64,000 bases of DNA. Source: Lingula anatina. Its lineage: Eukaryota > Animalia > Brachiopoda. The first letter of the stretch is position 1. Every line of letters starts with the position of its first letter. Position numbers and translations under genes: made by a program. The notes below the pieces were generated by a model that saw only the letters and a program-made list of their open reading frames with translations, ran no database searches and had not been told where the DNA came from. The stretch lies in NCBI GenBank assembly GCA_051362555.1, contig CM120645.1, positions 14,384,001 through 14,448,000 of the forward strand, written 5' to 3'. Below, piece by piece: positions 23,801-51,757 of the stretch.

Positions 23801-26800
23801 TTCAAGGTCACAGTAAATTGCCAGTATATGACTTCCTATCCAACTTCAATAGTAACTATGGACCTATCTCTGCCAGTTTTGGAGATAAAAGGGAAGCAAA
23901 ATTTGCAAAGTTCAGTTCATGGTGAAAAGTAGGTCAAAGGTCAATTTCAAGGTCACAGTAAGATTGCCAGTATATGACTTCCTATTCAACTTCAATAGTA
24001 ACTATGGACCTATCTCTGCCAGTTTTGGAGATAAAAGGGAAGCAAAATTTGCAAAGTTCAGTTCATGGTGAAAAGTAGGTCAAAGGTCAATTTCAAGGTC
24101 ACATTTAGATTGCCAGTATATGACTTCCTATTCAACTTCAATAGTAACTATGGACCTATCTCTGCCAGTTTTGGAGATAAAAGGGAAGCAAAATTTGCAA
24201 AGTTCAGTTCATGGTGAAAAGAAGGTCAAAGGTCAATTTCAAGGACACAGTAAAATTGCCAGTATATGACTTCCTATGCAAGTTCAATAGTAACTATGGA
24301 CCTATCTCTGCCAGTTTTGGAGATAAAAGGGAAGCAAATTTTGCAAAGTTCAGTTCAAGGTGAAAAGTAGGTCAAAGGTCAATTTCAAGGTCACAGTAAA
24401 ATTGCCAGTATATGACTTCCTATTCAACTTCAATAGTAACTATGGACCTATCTCTGCCAGTTTTGGAGATAAAAGGGAAGCAAAATTTGCAAAGTTCAGT
24501 TCATGGTGAAAAGTAGGTCAAAGGTCAATTTCAAGGTCACATTTAGATTGCCAGTATATGACTTCCTATTCAACTTCAATAGTAACTATGGACCTATCTC
24601 TGCCAGTTTTGGAGATAAAAGGGAAGCAAAATTTGCAAAGTTCAGTTCATGGTGAAAAGAAGGTCAAAGGTCAATTTCAAGGTCACAGTAAAATTGCCAG
24701 TATATGACTTCCTATGCAAGTTCAATAGTAACTATGGACCTATCTCTGCCAGTTTTGGAGATAAAAGGGAAGCAAATTTTGCAAAGTTCAGTTCAAGGTG
24801 AAAAGTAGGTCAAAGGTCAATTTCAAGGTCACAGTAAAATTGCCAGTATATGACTTCCTATTCAAGTTCAATAGTAACTATGGACCTATCTCTGCCAGTT
24901 TTGGAGATAAAAGGGAAGCAAAATTTGCAAAGTTCAGTTCATGGTGATAAGTAGGTCAAAGGTCAATTTCAAGGTCACAGTAAGATTGCCAGTATATGAC
25001 TTCCTATTCAACTTCAATAGTAACTATGGACCTATCTCTGCCAGTTTTGGAGATAAAAGGGAAGCAAAATTTGCAAAGTTCAGTTCATGGTGAAAAGTAG
25101 GTCAAAGGTCAATGTCAAGGTCACAGTAAGATTGCCAGTATATGACTTCCTATTCAACTTCAATAGTAACTATGGACCTATCTCTGCCAGTTTTGGAGAT
25201 ATAAGGGACTAAATGTTATAATTTTGGAGTTACCATAATGTGCCATAAATTTCCTACAGAAAAAATTAATTAAAATAAAGAAAAGGTCATTTTGGTCAAA
25301 GTTCTTGAAATGGGAGGTTCTCTGAAGTTGCAGAAGTTTAAATTTGATAAAATAATGTCATTTTTGACCACAAGTTGTCTGCTTTGCCAAGCATTATGTT
25401 TTATTTTTCCGGAGTTCAAAATTTATTATCCATTACCGTACTGCACATTTTTACGGAAGCCGACTGGTGCCATATGTTGAAAAAAAAAATTATCTCGAAA
25501 TTTCGAGATAGCATTTTTTTTGTTCAAATTTCAAAATACTATCTCGAAATTTCGAGATAAATTTTTTTGCTCAAATATCAAAATGCTATCTCGAAATTTC
25601 GAGATAATTTTTTTTTTTGTTCAAATTTCAAAATGCTATCTCGAAATTTCGAGATAAAAATTTTTTTTGTTCAAATTTCAAAATAGTATCTCGAAATTTC
25701 GAGATAATTTTTTTTTCTACATATGGCACCAGTCGGCTTCCGTACATTTTCCTTTCACCACCAATATGTACTTTCTGATACAGCGTAACTCGAAAACCGT
25801 ATGGAATACAAAAAAACCGAGACCACATTTTTTTTCGTAAAAAATTTCATTTTTTTGAAAATTTTGACCCATTTGACCTTGAAGTAAAGGTCAAAGGTCA
25901 AATCCGAGGGTATATTTGAAATCTACACATATGACTTTTGGAAAGCCGTCTATAGAAATTTTTCCCGTAACTCCTTCTGTAGGGTAGATAATTAGCATTT
26001 AATTTTGCCATTTTTAGACAAGGGTGCATTGCAATGAGTGCCACACCCAGACCCCAATACCGACAAAGCCCAAATTTTACGTGGAACGAGTTGAGATTAT
26101 AGGTGACCTAAATCCATGAGATGGGTACGGGGGCCCTTACCGTCTAGGAGGAGAAGCGGTAACGGTAACATGGCGGCGGAGCCGGCGGAACGGACCGGAC
26201 GGGACCGAAACCATGTGTACCGCCAGCGCTAACGCTGGTGGTAAATTTTTTTGTTCAAATTTCAAAATAGTATCTCGAAATTTCGAGATAATTTTTTTTC
26301 TACATATGGCACCAGTGGGCTTCCGTACATTTTCCTTTCACCACCAATATGTACTTTTTGATACAGCGTAACTCGAAAACCGTATGGAATACAAAAAAAC
26401 CGAGACCACCTCCAGTGTTGGGCTTTACATGCTCTACAAAATGCAAAAAAGAATGGGTCTCTAGCATTAACGGTTCCCGAATTAGAGACAGTTTTCAGTT
26501 TCGGTATCTTATGGCCGCTACTCCTGTGAAAATGCACCGATTGACCCCAAATTCACGGAGATGAAAGATGACCTGAAGGGTAACACTTTCCAATAATATT
26601 ATTGGTTAAGTCTGTGTGGTGTCTGAATAACAGGGCAAAAAATTTTTTTTTCGTAAAAAATTTCATTTTTTTGAAAATTTTGGCCCATTTGACCTTGAAG
26701 TAAAGGTCAAAGGTCAAATCCGAGGGTATATTTGAAATCTACACATATGACTTTTGGAAAGCCGTCTGTAGAAATTTTTCCCGTAACTCCTTCCGTAGGG

Positions 26801-29800
26801 TAGATAATTAGCATTTAATTTTGCCATTTTTGGACAAGGGTGCATTGCAATGAGTGCCACACCCAGACCCCAATACCGACAAAGCCCAAATTTTACGTGG
26901 AACGAGTTGAGATTATAGGTGACCTAAATCCATGAGATGGGTATGGGGGGCCTTACCGTCTAGGAGGAGAAGCGGTAACGGTAGCCGTCCGGCGGAGCCG
27001 GCGGAGCCGGCGGAACGATCCGGACGAGACCGAAACCATGTGTACCGCCAGCGCTAACGCTGGTGGTACAATAACTGCTTTATTCAAAATAAATAATTCA
27101 TTTCCATCTTACCTAGTCCAAGGTGCCTCCACACACTCTGGCTGCTTCAGAGCCACCAGGCACTCCTTGGTGATCCCGTCAGGAGAGTCGTAAGGGATAG
27201 CCCAAATATACTGGATTCCATTCCCTGATGCCCCAGTGCATGCTGGCCCACTAGTATAACCTATGAAGAAAAGATCATTTAATATTTTATCTAACTATTC
27301 TATGACTGATCAAAAAGTTGTTTTTGAAGTATTTGTGGCTTTTCGGAGACGAATAGTACACAGAAAATCAAACAAATTCTGATTAAGAAATTGTTTGGCT
27401 TTATTAAAACATTATTTAAACTTACGAGGAGCCTTTTCCAGATAATTGCTAAACTCCACCCATCTGTTTCCTGGCTCAGACTCGCACTTCGTTTGGTTGT
27501 TCCATCTTGAAAAATGGCGTCTGTCATTCCCAGAGTAATATTCCACACATTCACCATAGGACTGGACATTGAAACTCTTGGTCTGGTAATGGCTGAAATT
27601 ATATAAAGAACTATGCTTGTGTGTTTTTATAAATGCGGGGGGAAGGGGGGGGGAGGGAATCTCCATAACACTGAAGAACCTTAATCACTGATACTTTTTA
27701 TTTTGTTTGGGCAAAAAAAGGCTTTTTTTTTTTTTTTGCAAAAAAAAAAAAAATAAATAAATAAACTGGAATGAAAAATCAAAATAACCAAACAATTTTA
27801 AACAACCAAACATTTAAGTTTTTAAAAAGATGTACATTTCAACATCAAAAAACAACAAAAATCTATTCATTTTGAAAATTTCTACATTACTTTTAAATTG
27901 TACAGTTGCTATTTGAACTTTCATTTTAACCAATATAATATATATAGTTTATCAAACACTTTTTCACTCCAACATCATTATAGTTATCAAGACACTTGAG
28001 ATTGCTATGATCATGCCATCCACTCACTTGCACATGGATGCATTCTCTGCCAGCACTGCTATGTCCTTCCATGGTGTCGGGTGCCAGTAAGGGTAGTAAT
28101 CTCTCTCCTCAGGGCATTCGTAGCCACGCCTGTTACCATTTGGGTTCTGTCTTGTGTAGATGGCACCACTTGTTCCAAGCCCACTGTTGGATTTCAACTT
28201 CTGATCGGCTGTGAAAAGTCCTAAAATCAAACAGTTGTTAAGTATATACTAATTTTAATTTTAACTGAAATGATTAATTCTGATAAGGAAATAATTGTAT
28301 TTATGGCAGCAAATGATATTTAAAAATATAACACAACACCACAGTTGTGGAATATTTATCAATTTTAATTATAATTTTAAAAAAATCAACTCAGGAAATC
28401 ATTGTATTGATGGGAACAAATGATATTAAATAATTACCAGGTGTCCCTTTATTTCTATACATAAACCTGTACCTTTATTCCTCTCCCTGACCAGGCACTT
28501 GTCATACCACTCATGGGGTTCTTGTAAAACTCTATCAGCTTTCACGTCATTATTCTTCCGGCCTCTGTAAGTGCTCTTCAGCTCCCCTCGCGCTGCAGGG
28601 CGAGTGTAACCCTGGATGTTTGTATTAAGACCATCTCGTAGACGATCAGCCTGGCCTGAAATTAAAATTACATCATGATCAAACAAAGAGCGCAGATGAT
28701 CTTACTGATCCGCCAACTAAACATGGCTGACCCCACTTTAAAGCCATGTTGGTCATTCCCTGCTGGTCTCCCCACCTCCACACCTGCCGGCGCTACAGGG
28801 GCCTAGTCGGCTTGGCCATATTTAGTCTACAGATATGTTAGTCTGTGGAACAACTTGTTCTGAATGCTCTCTAACACCCCATTTCCATAGATTAGATCGA
28901 CCTACTTTAGATCGACCTAACTCCCTGGGGGTTCACGCTAAATAGCTGTCAGCCGGGCGGACACGAAAGTTAATTACCTCCTTACAGCTTGTAGTAGGCG
29001 GGACGGACATTTAAGTCGGATTTTCTGAAAGTAATCTAGTGAGACTCTCCGCAGGGATAGATCGATCTAAAATCTATGGGAATAGAGCCTAATACTGGCA
29101 ACAAGGCTTTTCTCAGCCATTATTTAGACAGCCATTAGACAAAATACTATATTTCCAAAGAAGGATGGATGGCTTACAATTTTTTTTTTTTTTTTTTTTT
29201 TTTGGGGGGGGGGGGGTTGGTTGGGTTCAATTGGGTGGTTCTCCCTGTAAATCAATGACCAAATTACAGACTAATTTGAACTCCTTGTACCCCACTTCCT
29301 GGGATTATCCCCAGTTGGTAACTTACATTAATTTTAGAGGTTAGTCAACTGAGGGATGTATAATGATGCAGTCTTACTTTTATCTTTGATCTGCACTACA
29401 ATTAAAGTAAGGGGGAGGGGTTATAAATGATTTCAGGTGACTTGCAGGTGACTCATATTGCAGGAAGTCAGAGAGAGTGACTGTGATAATTGGCCATATA
29501 ATTGGTTTGTGAAAAGGTGGTGGTGTCTTACAACCTGAGAGAGAGGACGTTCCAGTGTGTGTGTGTGTGTGTGCGTGCATGCATGTGCGTGTATATGTGT
29601 GCAAAAAAAAAAGGAAAATAAATGAAAAAAAAAAACATTGCCAATAATTGCATATATATCATATAAATAGAAAAATAGAAAGAACTATAATATAACTATC
29701 ATTAAATCTGTTAATTTCACTGCCACTGTTATTCAGACTTACTTGCTGTACCATCATCTGGCTGACACATGTATTGTAACACCATGTTACAGTTAACCTT

Positions 29801-31751
29801 GTGGGGATCAGTGTCTTCATTACCACCACAACCATGCTGGTTGGTCCACTCAACGATCAAGTAGCTCTGACCATTACTTGCTGAACTGCTCTGGAAGTAT
29901 TTCTGAAACACGATAAAGGTCAAAGGTACTGATTGTTTATATTTAACAAGTATAAAACTATATAAATATATAATTTCTGATTTCTTACACACTTGGATAC
30001 TATTTTTAAAAGGAGCATGTGTTCCTTCCTACAACATTTCCCCTTATGAAAAAAAAGCATTTCGTATCACCTTCTAAGTTTACTTCCTGTGAAAAGATTT
30101 TGAAGCCTAATTTACCTAATTTAATTTATTTTTAAAATATCCAAATGCAACTTATACCATGTTATATTGCTCATTTTCCGTTGTGGCAGCACTTGTGCCT
30201 TTATCTCCAACATTATATCCTCCCCTGTTATTGTTCTGGAAAAAAAAAAAGAAAGCAATACTGTATAAAAAGCTGTCAATTTTCTATATACAAACAATTG
30301 CTTCTTTGTGCAACTACAGTAACAATGCAACAATTCCTTACAGCTTATTTAACTTGCATATTTAAGAGATTTCTCTCTATGAAATATACATGTGTGCAAA
30401 TCGCAAGCGGATATGTCACATGCACCTAACTGTTGACTGGTGTATTGGACTTATTCTCTAGGGGACATGGAGAACAAAAGACACGGGTCTGTTGTAGCTC
30501 ACATTCAAGTTTGACGTGTTTGCATGTTCCGTACACCAACCTCCGATCTTTTGTTTTCGATATCTGTTGTGGTTTAGAGTTTCACAGTGTGTTGAAAATC
30601 TTATTTATAATTTAGCATTTTGTTTCATAGCAAATACACAAATGTTGCCTTTTCATTGTCGTATGTTTGCATGTGGTGAGACAGGTGACATTTGATATTT
30701 GTCTTAAGTCATAAGTGTTCTGATATATATTGACATACAGGAACTCTGCTTAGATAATACACATTAAATTAAACACTTGGTTAAGGTTTTGCAACCTTTA
30801 AATTAATAATTAACTAGTATGAATGGATAAACCATTATTTTACAAGGATGCAAGTACCAATCTCCTCAATACCCAATCACCTGAACCTTTTCCCAAAGAA
30901 GACTTAACCATATAAATTCTCAACTCTGTTAGAAAAATTAAATCTAAAAAAATAACTTCCTCTTTATAAATTGATGGTAGAAGAGTCCATCCCCTTTCAC
31001 AGAGTGTAATAAGCTGAAAGCCATGAATAAAAAGGTTTACTAAACCTTGTCTGGAACTCTACACTGTGCCTGTATATAATGCTTTTGTCTGTTCCTTTCA
31101 CAAGCCTAGCTTGACTGAATTTTTAGAATTCAAACTGATCATATTTCCCTTGTTTGAGTATTCTACTTCTGCTCCTTCTTTATTTCAAACAGTTTGCTCT
31201 GACTTTTTCAATGTCATATTTTTTTATTCATTTTTTTTTTTTTTTTGGGGGGGGGGGGGGGGGCATATTCAAACCAAAATGATGTTATAACGTTTACAGT
31301 TATAACCAAACTTACCACAAGCACCTACAAAAGTTACCTTTATCAAACATCCTTAAAGAAGTCAAAGTCATCACATGAACAGCTTAGATATATACAAAAT
31401 TTTCACTGGTTTTGGTAAATAAATTGCCCTTGGTACCAAATGGTAAACACTGGGCATATCGTTCATGACTTCCATCTCAATATATATATGTTTCCAAAAT
31501 CATTGTCAGTCTTGTATGACTAATAGTGCATCAACAAGAAAAATAAACTTCATGTTAAAGTGGTAATATTTACTATTATGTTAGGACCACCTGCATGTCT
31601 TAGAATTTACCTGTGAATCAAACGCCCTGTTTGCATTCCGCCTATTGGCTGACCGCTCATTTAGTCTGTTGTTGCTGCCTCGTGGATTGTGCATGTAAAT
31701 GTCCGCAGTGGCGCATGCAACTGCCAGCAGTATGCATGTGAGTTTCAACAT
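20815..31751 (-). CDS. DD3-3: Protein DD3-3-like, paralogue A (secreted, no TM), 13 coding exons, ~656 aa
   Basis: Exons 31751-31611, 30235-30158, 29902-29743, 28655-28473, 28220-28028, 27592-27426, 27260-27113, 23194-23090, 22840-22778, 22516-22221, 21902-21831, 21482-21311, 21007-20815; phase-consistent. Signal peptide then [14 protein letters not shown]. Family motifs [97 protein letters not shown] probable non-coding first exon ends at ~32328. Confidence 0.92.
21186..21293. repeat. 54-bp tandem duplication in last intron of DD3-3 A
   Basis: aaccgttcacacaaaagtaaagaactaaggttataatgatacagcataaaatat occurs twice head-to-tail. Confidence 0.85.
23784..25207. repeat. 146-bp tandem repeat, ~10 nearly identical copies
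   Basis: Anchor gacttccta at 23830, 23976, 24122, 24268, 24414, 24560, 24706, 24852, 24998 and 25144, an exact period of 146. Confidence 0.97.
25454..25742. mobile_element. MITE with TA TSD and internal array of 20-bp palindromes
   Basis: TA|cggaagccgactggtgccatatgt ... acatatggcaccagtcggcttccg|TA (24-bp perfect TIR). Five copies of the palindrome tatctcgaaatttcgagata at 25491, 25540, 25587, 25637 and 25687. Confidence 0.85.
28875..29089. mobile_element. PIF/Harbinger-type MITE, family copy 2
   Basis: Homologous to 15871-16084; TAA flanks; imperfect TIRs. Confidence 0.8.
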
Positions 31752-32249
31752 ATTTCCTATAAAACAAAAATACATAAGTATATAATTAATGCACTTACTG
31801 TACTGCTAATCAATTCTTCATATTAATATGGCATAAAATGAAAGGATTTCAAAAAATGCTGTACTATGTTAAACCAATAATATAATAATTAATATACTGA
31901 TCTAAGAAATGGTCCAGACTCTCTGACCCTAGCAGACCTACTGAATTAATGTTTTCATCTGCTTGTTCTGAAATCAAAGCCACAGAGATGTACATATCAC
32001 AAAAAATTGCTAGACAGCTTGTATGATTACATCTATAAATCAAATAAGAAGCCCCTATCAAAGCATCAACTTAAGGACAGTTTTGCAGCGTCACTGTCAC
32101 TTAAACTGGTGAGTCACTGTATGCCACAGTCTCAAAGAACATGTATCTTTTGAGATCTAGGGCCTACTCTTTGGCAAGGCTCCTTAATTGAAGGTGTTCA
32201 TTACTATCCATTTGACGTTCTCTGATTGAAGTTCTTAAACCCATTACGT

Positions 32250-32745
32250 ACGGTATTTTAGAAATATCTTTCAATATAAAACAGTTTAAATAAATGCTTT
32301 AAATTAAATTTAAACGTGGTTATTTACCCGGTCAACAGGACAGATCTGTGTGCGCTTCCTTCCACTTCCCTAATGGCGATGCTATGTTTAGGTGTGAGTC
32401 AGTTTCAAGAGGGGATTCCTTGTCCTTATTTGGAAAATTAGGTCAACTTGATATCAATCCGCATTTTAAAAAACACGTGTTTTTCCTAATTTTTTTGATA
32501 AAACAAACAGTTTGATTGGATTTCTATTTGTTAAATTCAAAAATATTTTAGTTAAGAAAAACATTCCCATAAGAGTTAAAGAAAGGCAGGTGTTTTTGTA
32601 CTATATTGTCACGCGTCGTAATTCGGACACCTGCTCAAGAAATCGGGTGACTAATGTGATAGTCTTGTGAATTTCTTGTCGATTACTGGTTTCGAGAATC
32701 GCGCTGGTCGCTGATTCCAACCGTTTTCAATACATTCCAGAGAAA
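32250..32745. promoter_or_regulatory. Candidate bidirectional promoter between the two DD3-3 paralogues
   Basis: Divergent ATGs at 31751 (-) and 32746 (+). Minus-strand donor cgg|gtaaat at ~32328. Locally CpG-rich compared with the CpG-poor gene bodies. AP-1-like tgagtca at 32395-32401. Confidence 0.6.
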
Positions 32746-48506
<15,761 letters not shown>

Positions 48507-49621
48507 AGTAAATCATCAATTTTTTTGGCATTTTGGCTGAATTTTTTGCTATGCTTCAGGGCTTAAAGCTGAAGAAGAATTGGCTGCCTTCTGGAAAAAG
48601 AGTCAGATAATCTAATATGCCACGTATATATATACATATATACATTTTTGGTCTATAATGAGTCATACAATGTCTGTCAGTAGTTTACTGGTTTTTACTG
48701 ACAGACATGAAGTCCAGAAATAGATTCAGGAAAATTTATACATATTGTCACTACTAAATGTCTAATTATTTTCATTGAAAATTAAGTAACAGCTCTTGAG
48801 AAGATTAAAGTTAATTAGAGAAAGTACAACTTAACTAATTGCCTTTACAAATGCTTCTTTTTCATGTCCATTTGGATAGCTTTCTTGTCTCTGTAGTTGA
48901 TAGAAAACATTTTAGGAAAAAATATCTTACAAAATAAAAAAAATCAAATAAGTAAAAGGAGGTTAAGCAGGTGAAGGTTAGAACAGTACTCTTGTAGTAG
49001 TAGACAATCTTATTCAGGGACTTACATACTTGTTCAGCATTCTCTATGGTTGTCACCCCTTAAAAATGAAAAAAAGTCCAAGAAGGCCATTAAGACTTAC
49101 AGATACTGTGAGGTTGTTATATTATTTATGTGCAAATTGGGTCTGATACTATAACACTGAGGTATTCACTGAAGTGTATATTTTTTGTGCCAGAAGGATA
49201 TTACATATTTGTACATCAAAGTTTCTGATGCCTACTGCTGGTCAGTATGGTTAATGTAGAAATAAATTTTGATAATCCAGTGAATCAGTGTTGATTTGTT
49301 TTTTAAGGGTAAAGGTGATCGCTCTACACAAAGAAACGTGTTCACATGTACCATGTTATCTGATTACCAAATCTGATATTTTTAAATATATTTAAAAATA
49401 TGTCAGCGACGGGAAAAGAGTAAATTTGGACTATTTTTAATGTAGGAAGAAAAGATTGTGATTAAAACTGCCGATTGCTTTAGTTGTGACACCGACCTAT
49501 TTTTCTGTAGTATCAAAACTATGAAGGGATACTCGAGCTCCAAGACGAAAGGCCACGAGAAGTTATCCAAACTTGTTCTACTACAGTTTGGCCCACCCAA
49601 GTTTATATGGAGACTTTATAT

Positions 49622-49632
49622 GGGGAATTCCC
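49622..49632. promoter_or_regulatory. Candidate NF-kB/Rel site (GGGGAATTCCC)
   Basis: Perfect palindromic match to GGGRNWYYCC, ~4 kb upstream of the Factor C-like ATG, at the start of the CpG-rich domain. Motif only; no functional evidence. Confidence 0.35.
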
Positions 49633-49710
49633 GGCTCTTGCGCTGGATTTTTAAATACACTGCAGCATCCACGCTCCTTGGCACATTTGAAGCATTTCAG
49701 TCCCCCCCCC

Positions 49711-49713
<3 letters not shown>

Positions 49714-49759
<46 letters not shown>
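49714..49759. repeat. (CA)n microsatellite
   Basis: Direct reading of the sequence. Confidence 0.9.
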
Positions 49760-49763
<4 letters not shown>

Positions 49764-51668
49764 CCACCACCACTCTCTTCAGTTTCACGTCAGATCCTTT
49801 CAACCCCCTCTCCTCTAACCGTAGGGCCAAGTTCTCTTCCTTTCACTCTAGAGAACCGGAATGAAAAGGCACCCGGGTTGCGGCTTGTGATGACAAGTAA
49901 TTGCTGTGATTGATGAGTTTGTCCAAGATTGGAGAGTTATTACTAACGAACTGGTAATATTTTTTATGTGCGTTACATTTGACTGAATATCGAACCTTTC
50001 GGTATTTCTAGATAGTGTGGTTGACAGGTAGACATACAGATACGAACGCGGTAACTCTCAATTAAAAAAAAATAAGATACGCACTTTCAGTGAGAAGCAC
50101 TTCCTCGTCTCATCTGTAGCCTTTTTAAACTCCTGCCTTTTTCATTGATGAAAATTATCAAACACAAGCCGAAATACTTACATACAGTTAGCTTACGGTA
50201 TTTCGTAGGGCAAGTATTTGGGCTTGTGCTTAATAATTTTCATTTATGATCCAACTACCAAGCTAATGAACACTTTTGCTTCCGCCTTCTTTCAGTTACT
50301 TTTTCATGAGTCAATGCACTACCTGGCCTCTTCCGAAATGCGGTCTAGAGGTGAGTGTGTTTAGTAAATTCCTTAGTTACAATTACACAATTGATGCAGT
50401 CCGATAAGCTGTGCTTTATGAACCAGAACTGTTTTACATTATTTCCACAGAACCAGTCACATATTATTCTTCGTTTATTTTAGGGAGAAAGGGAGACGGG
50501 GATGGGGGGGGGGGGGGGGGGGGGGGGGGGGAGGGGGAGGGGGGAGGGGGAAGGGGGTACAGGGGTCAGTTTTCGCAGATAAGTGTTTTTGGGCTACAGC
50601 ACTGTTTAAGCTATTGGTCATGCCTTTCTGGAGCCTCTGAATCCGGCGTCAGCAAAAAAAAACTTAATCCTTTTCACTGCAACCGAAATATCATTTAGGT
50701 ACATACGCGTATTAATTCCGCTGCATCTGCTCTTATAAGTGAGGGAGGTCGAATCATGCCTCAGTTAGATTCTTTCCTATGAAAAAAAAATACTATGACA
50801 TTTTCTGACAAAATATTACGTAATCGATTATAATTATATTAAGGATGCTTGTGGTTCACCCTAAAAGAGGACTGTGCGTTATCACTATTTACATACCTCG
50901 CCTTGGTTTTACCAGTCTGAAAATCCACCTGCACTATATAATTATAAACTTTAGGGTTGAAAGCCACGAATCCGTTTCTTATTGACTTGACGTGTGGACT
51001 CGATCAGCACGACAAAAAATTCACGTAAAATGTTAATTTATATATTTATGATATCACACGGGTGACAGCGAGCTCTCCAAACGTTAATTATAACCATGAT
51101 GGTGCATAGGAGATTTTAGGTAAAATGCGTGTATTGTTATGCAGTTAAATTATATCTTTAATCGTGCCTGCATATAACTTTAGCCCATTCGGGTGTGTTT
51201 GTTCTAGAGTGAACTGGGCAGCCGCATCGTCTCTATCCTCATCACTTAAAAATATTACTCACTACGTTTGTCCTGTTTTAATACTTATCTTTAGACAGTC
51301 GCCTGTCTGCTTAAACTTGTTATGCGGTTGATGAAGTTTTCGTGAATCCTGTTCATTATGCTGTAAGTGAAATCCCCATGAAATCAACCGCAAAATAAAA
51401 GCTACAGATTCGTTGGTTGTCGAATTGATATATGTTTTCTTTTGTACGGGGAAAACGGACTTTAATTATTGTCTCCACAAAGGACCCGTTAGTCATAAGT
51501 GTGTAACTCGTTACGTCCAATATCCAGGGACTATAATAACCGATTTTTAACAGACCAAGTAAATTTTCCCATTTATATCAAATAGCGGACTACCAAATAC
51601 TTGTCTTAACTGACAGTTACTTCCTTATTGATGGCCGCTTGTGATCACTGTCAGTATGAAGAATATGT

Positions 51669-51757
51669 GGGCGCATTCCCATAGATTTTCGATCTATCCC
51701 TGTGGGGAGTCTCACTAGATTACTGTCAGATAATCCGGCTTCTCTGGGAATGGGATC
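51669..51757. mobile_element. PIF/Harbinger-type MITE, family copy 3 (inverted, internally deleted)
   Basis: cattcccatagat...gagtctcactagattactgtcag is the reverse complement of the 3' part of the copies at 15871 and 28875. Ends tctctgggaatgggatc. Confidence 0.65.

Larger units (their letters stand above)
23568..27074 (+). mobile_element. Non-autonomous Helentron/HINE-like element (or compound of such) with internal tandem array, in DD3-3 A intron 7
   Basis: Starts ataactagag in A/T context. Contains aggtcaaaggtca-rich tandem units and a (cgga)-like microsatellite. Ends with a GC-rich hairpin tgtaccgccagcg-ctaa-cgctggtggtaca (27041-27070) then ataa. No TSD. This matches the architecture of invertebrate Helentron-associated elements. 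Confidence 0.65.

Noticed and set aside
25491-25706. Regularly spaced palindromic repeats resembling a CRISPR array
   Set aside because: The spacers are near-identical to each other, the array sits inside a TIR/TA-flanked MITE in a eukaryotic intron, and there are no cas genes.
32411-32420. ggggattcct as an NF-kB site in the DD3-3 intergenic region
   Set aside because: It mismatches the consensus at the last position, and a single short motif is not sufficient evidence.
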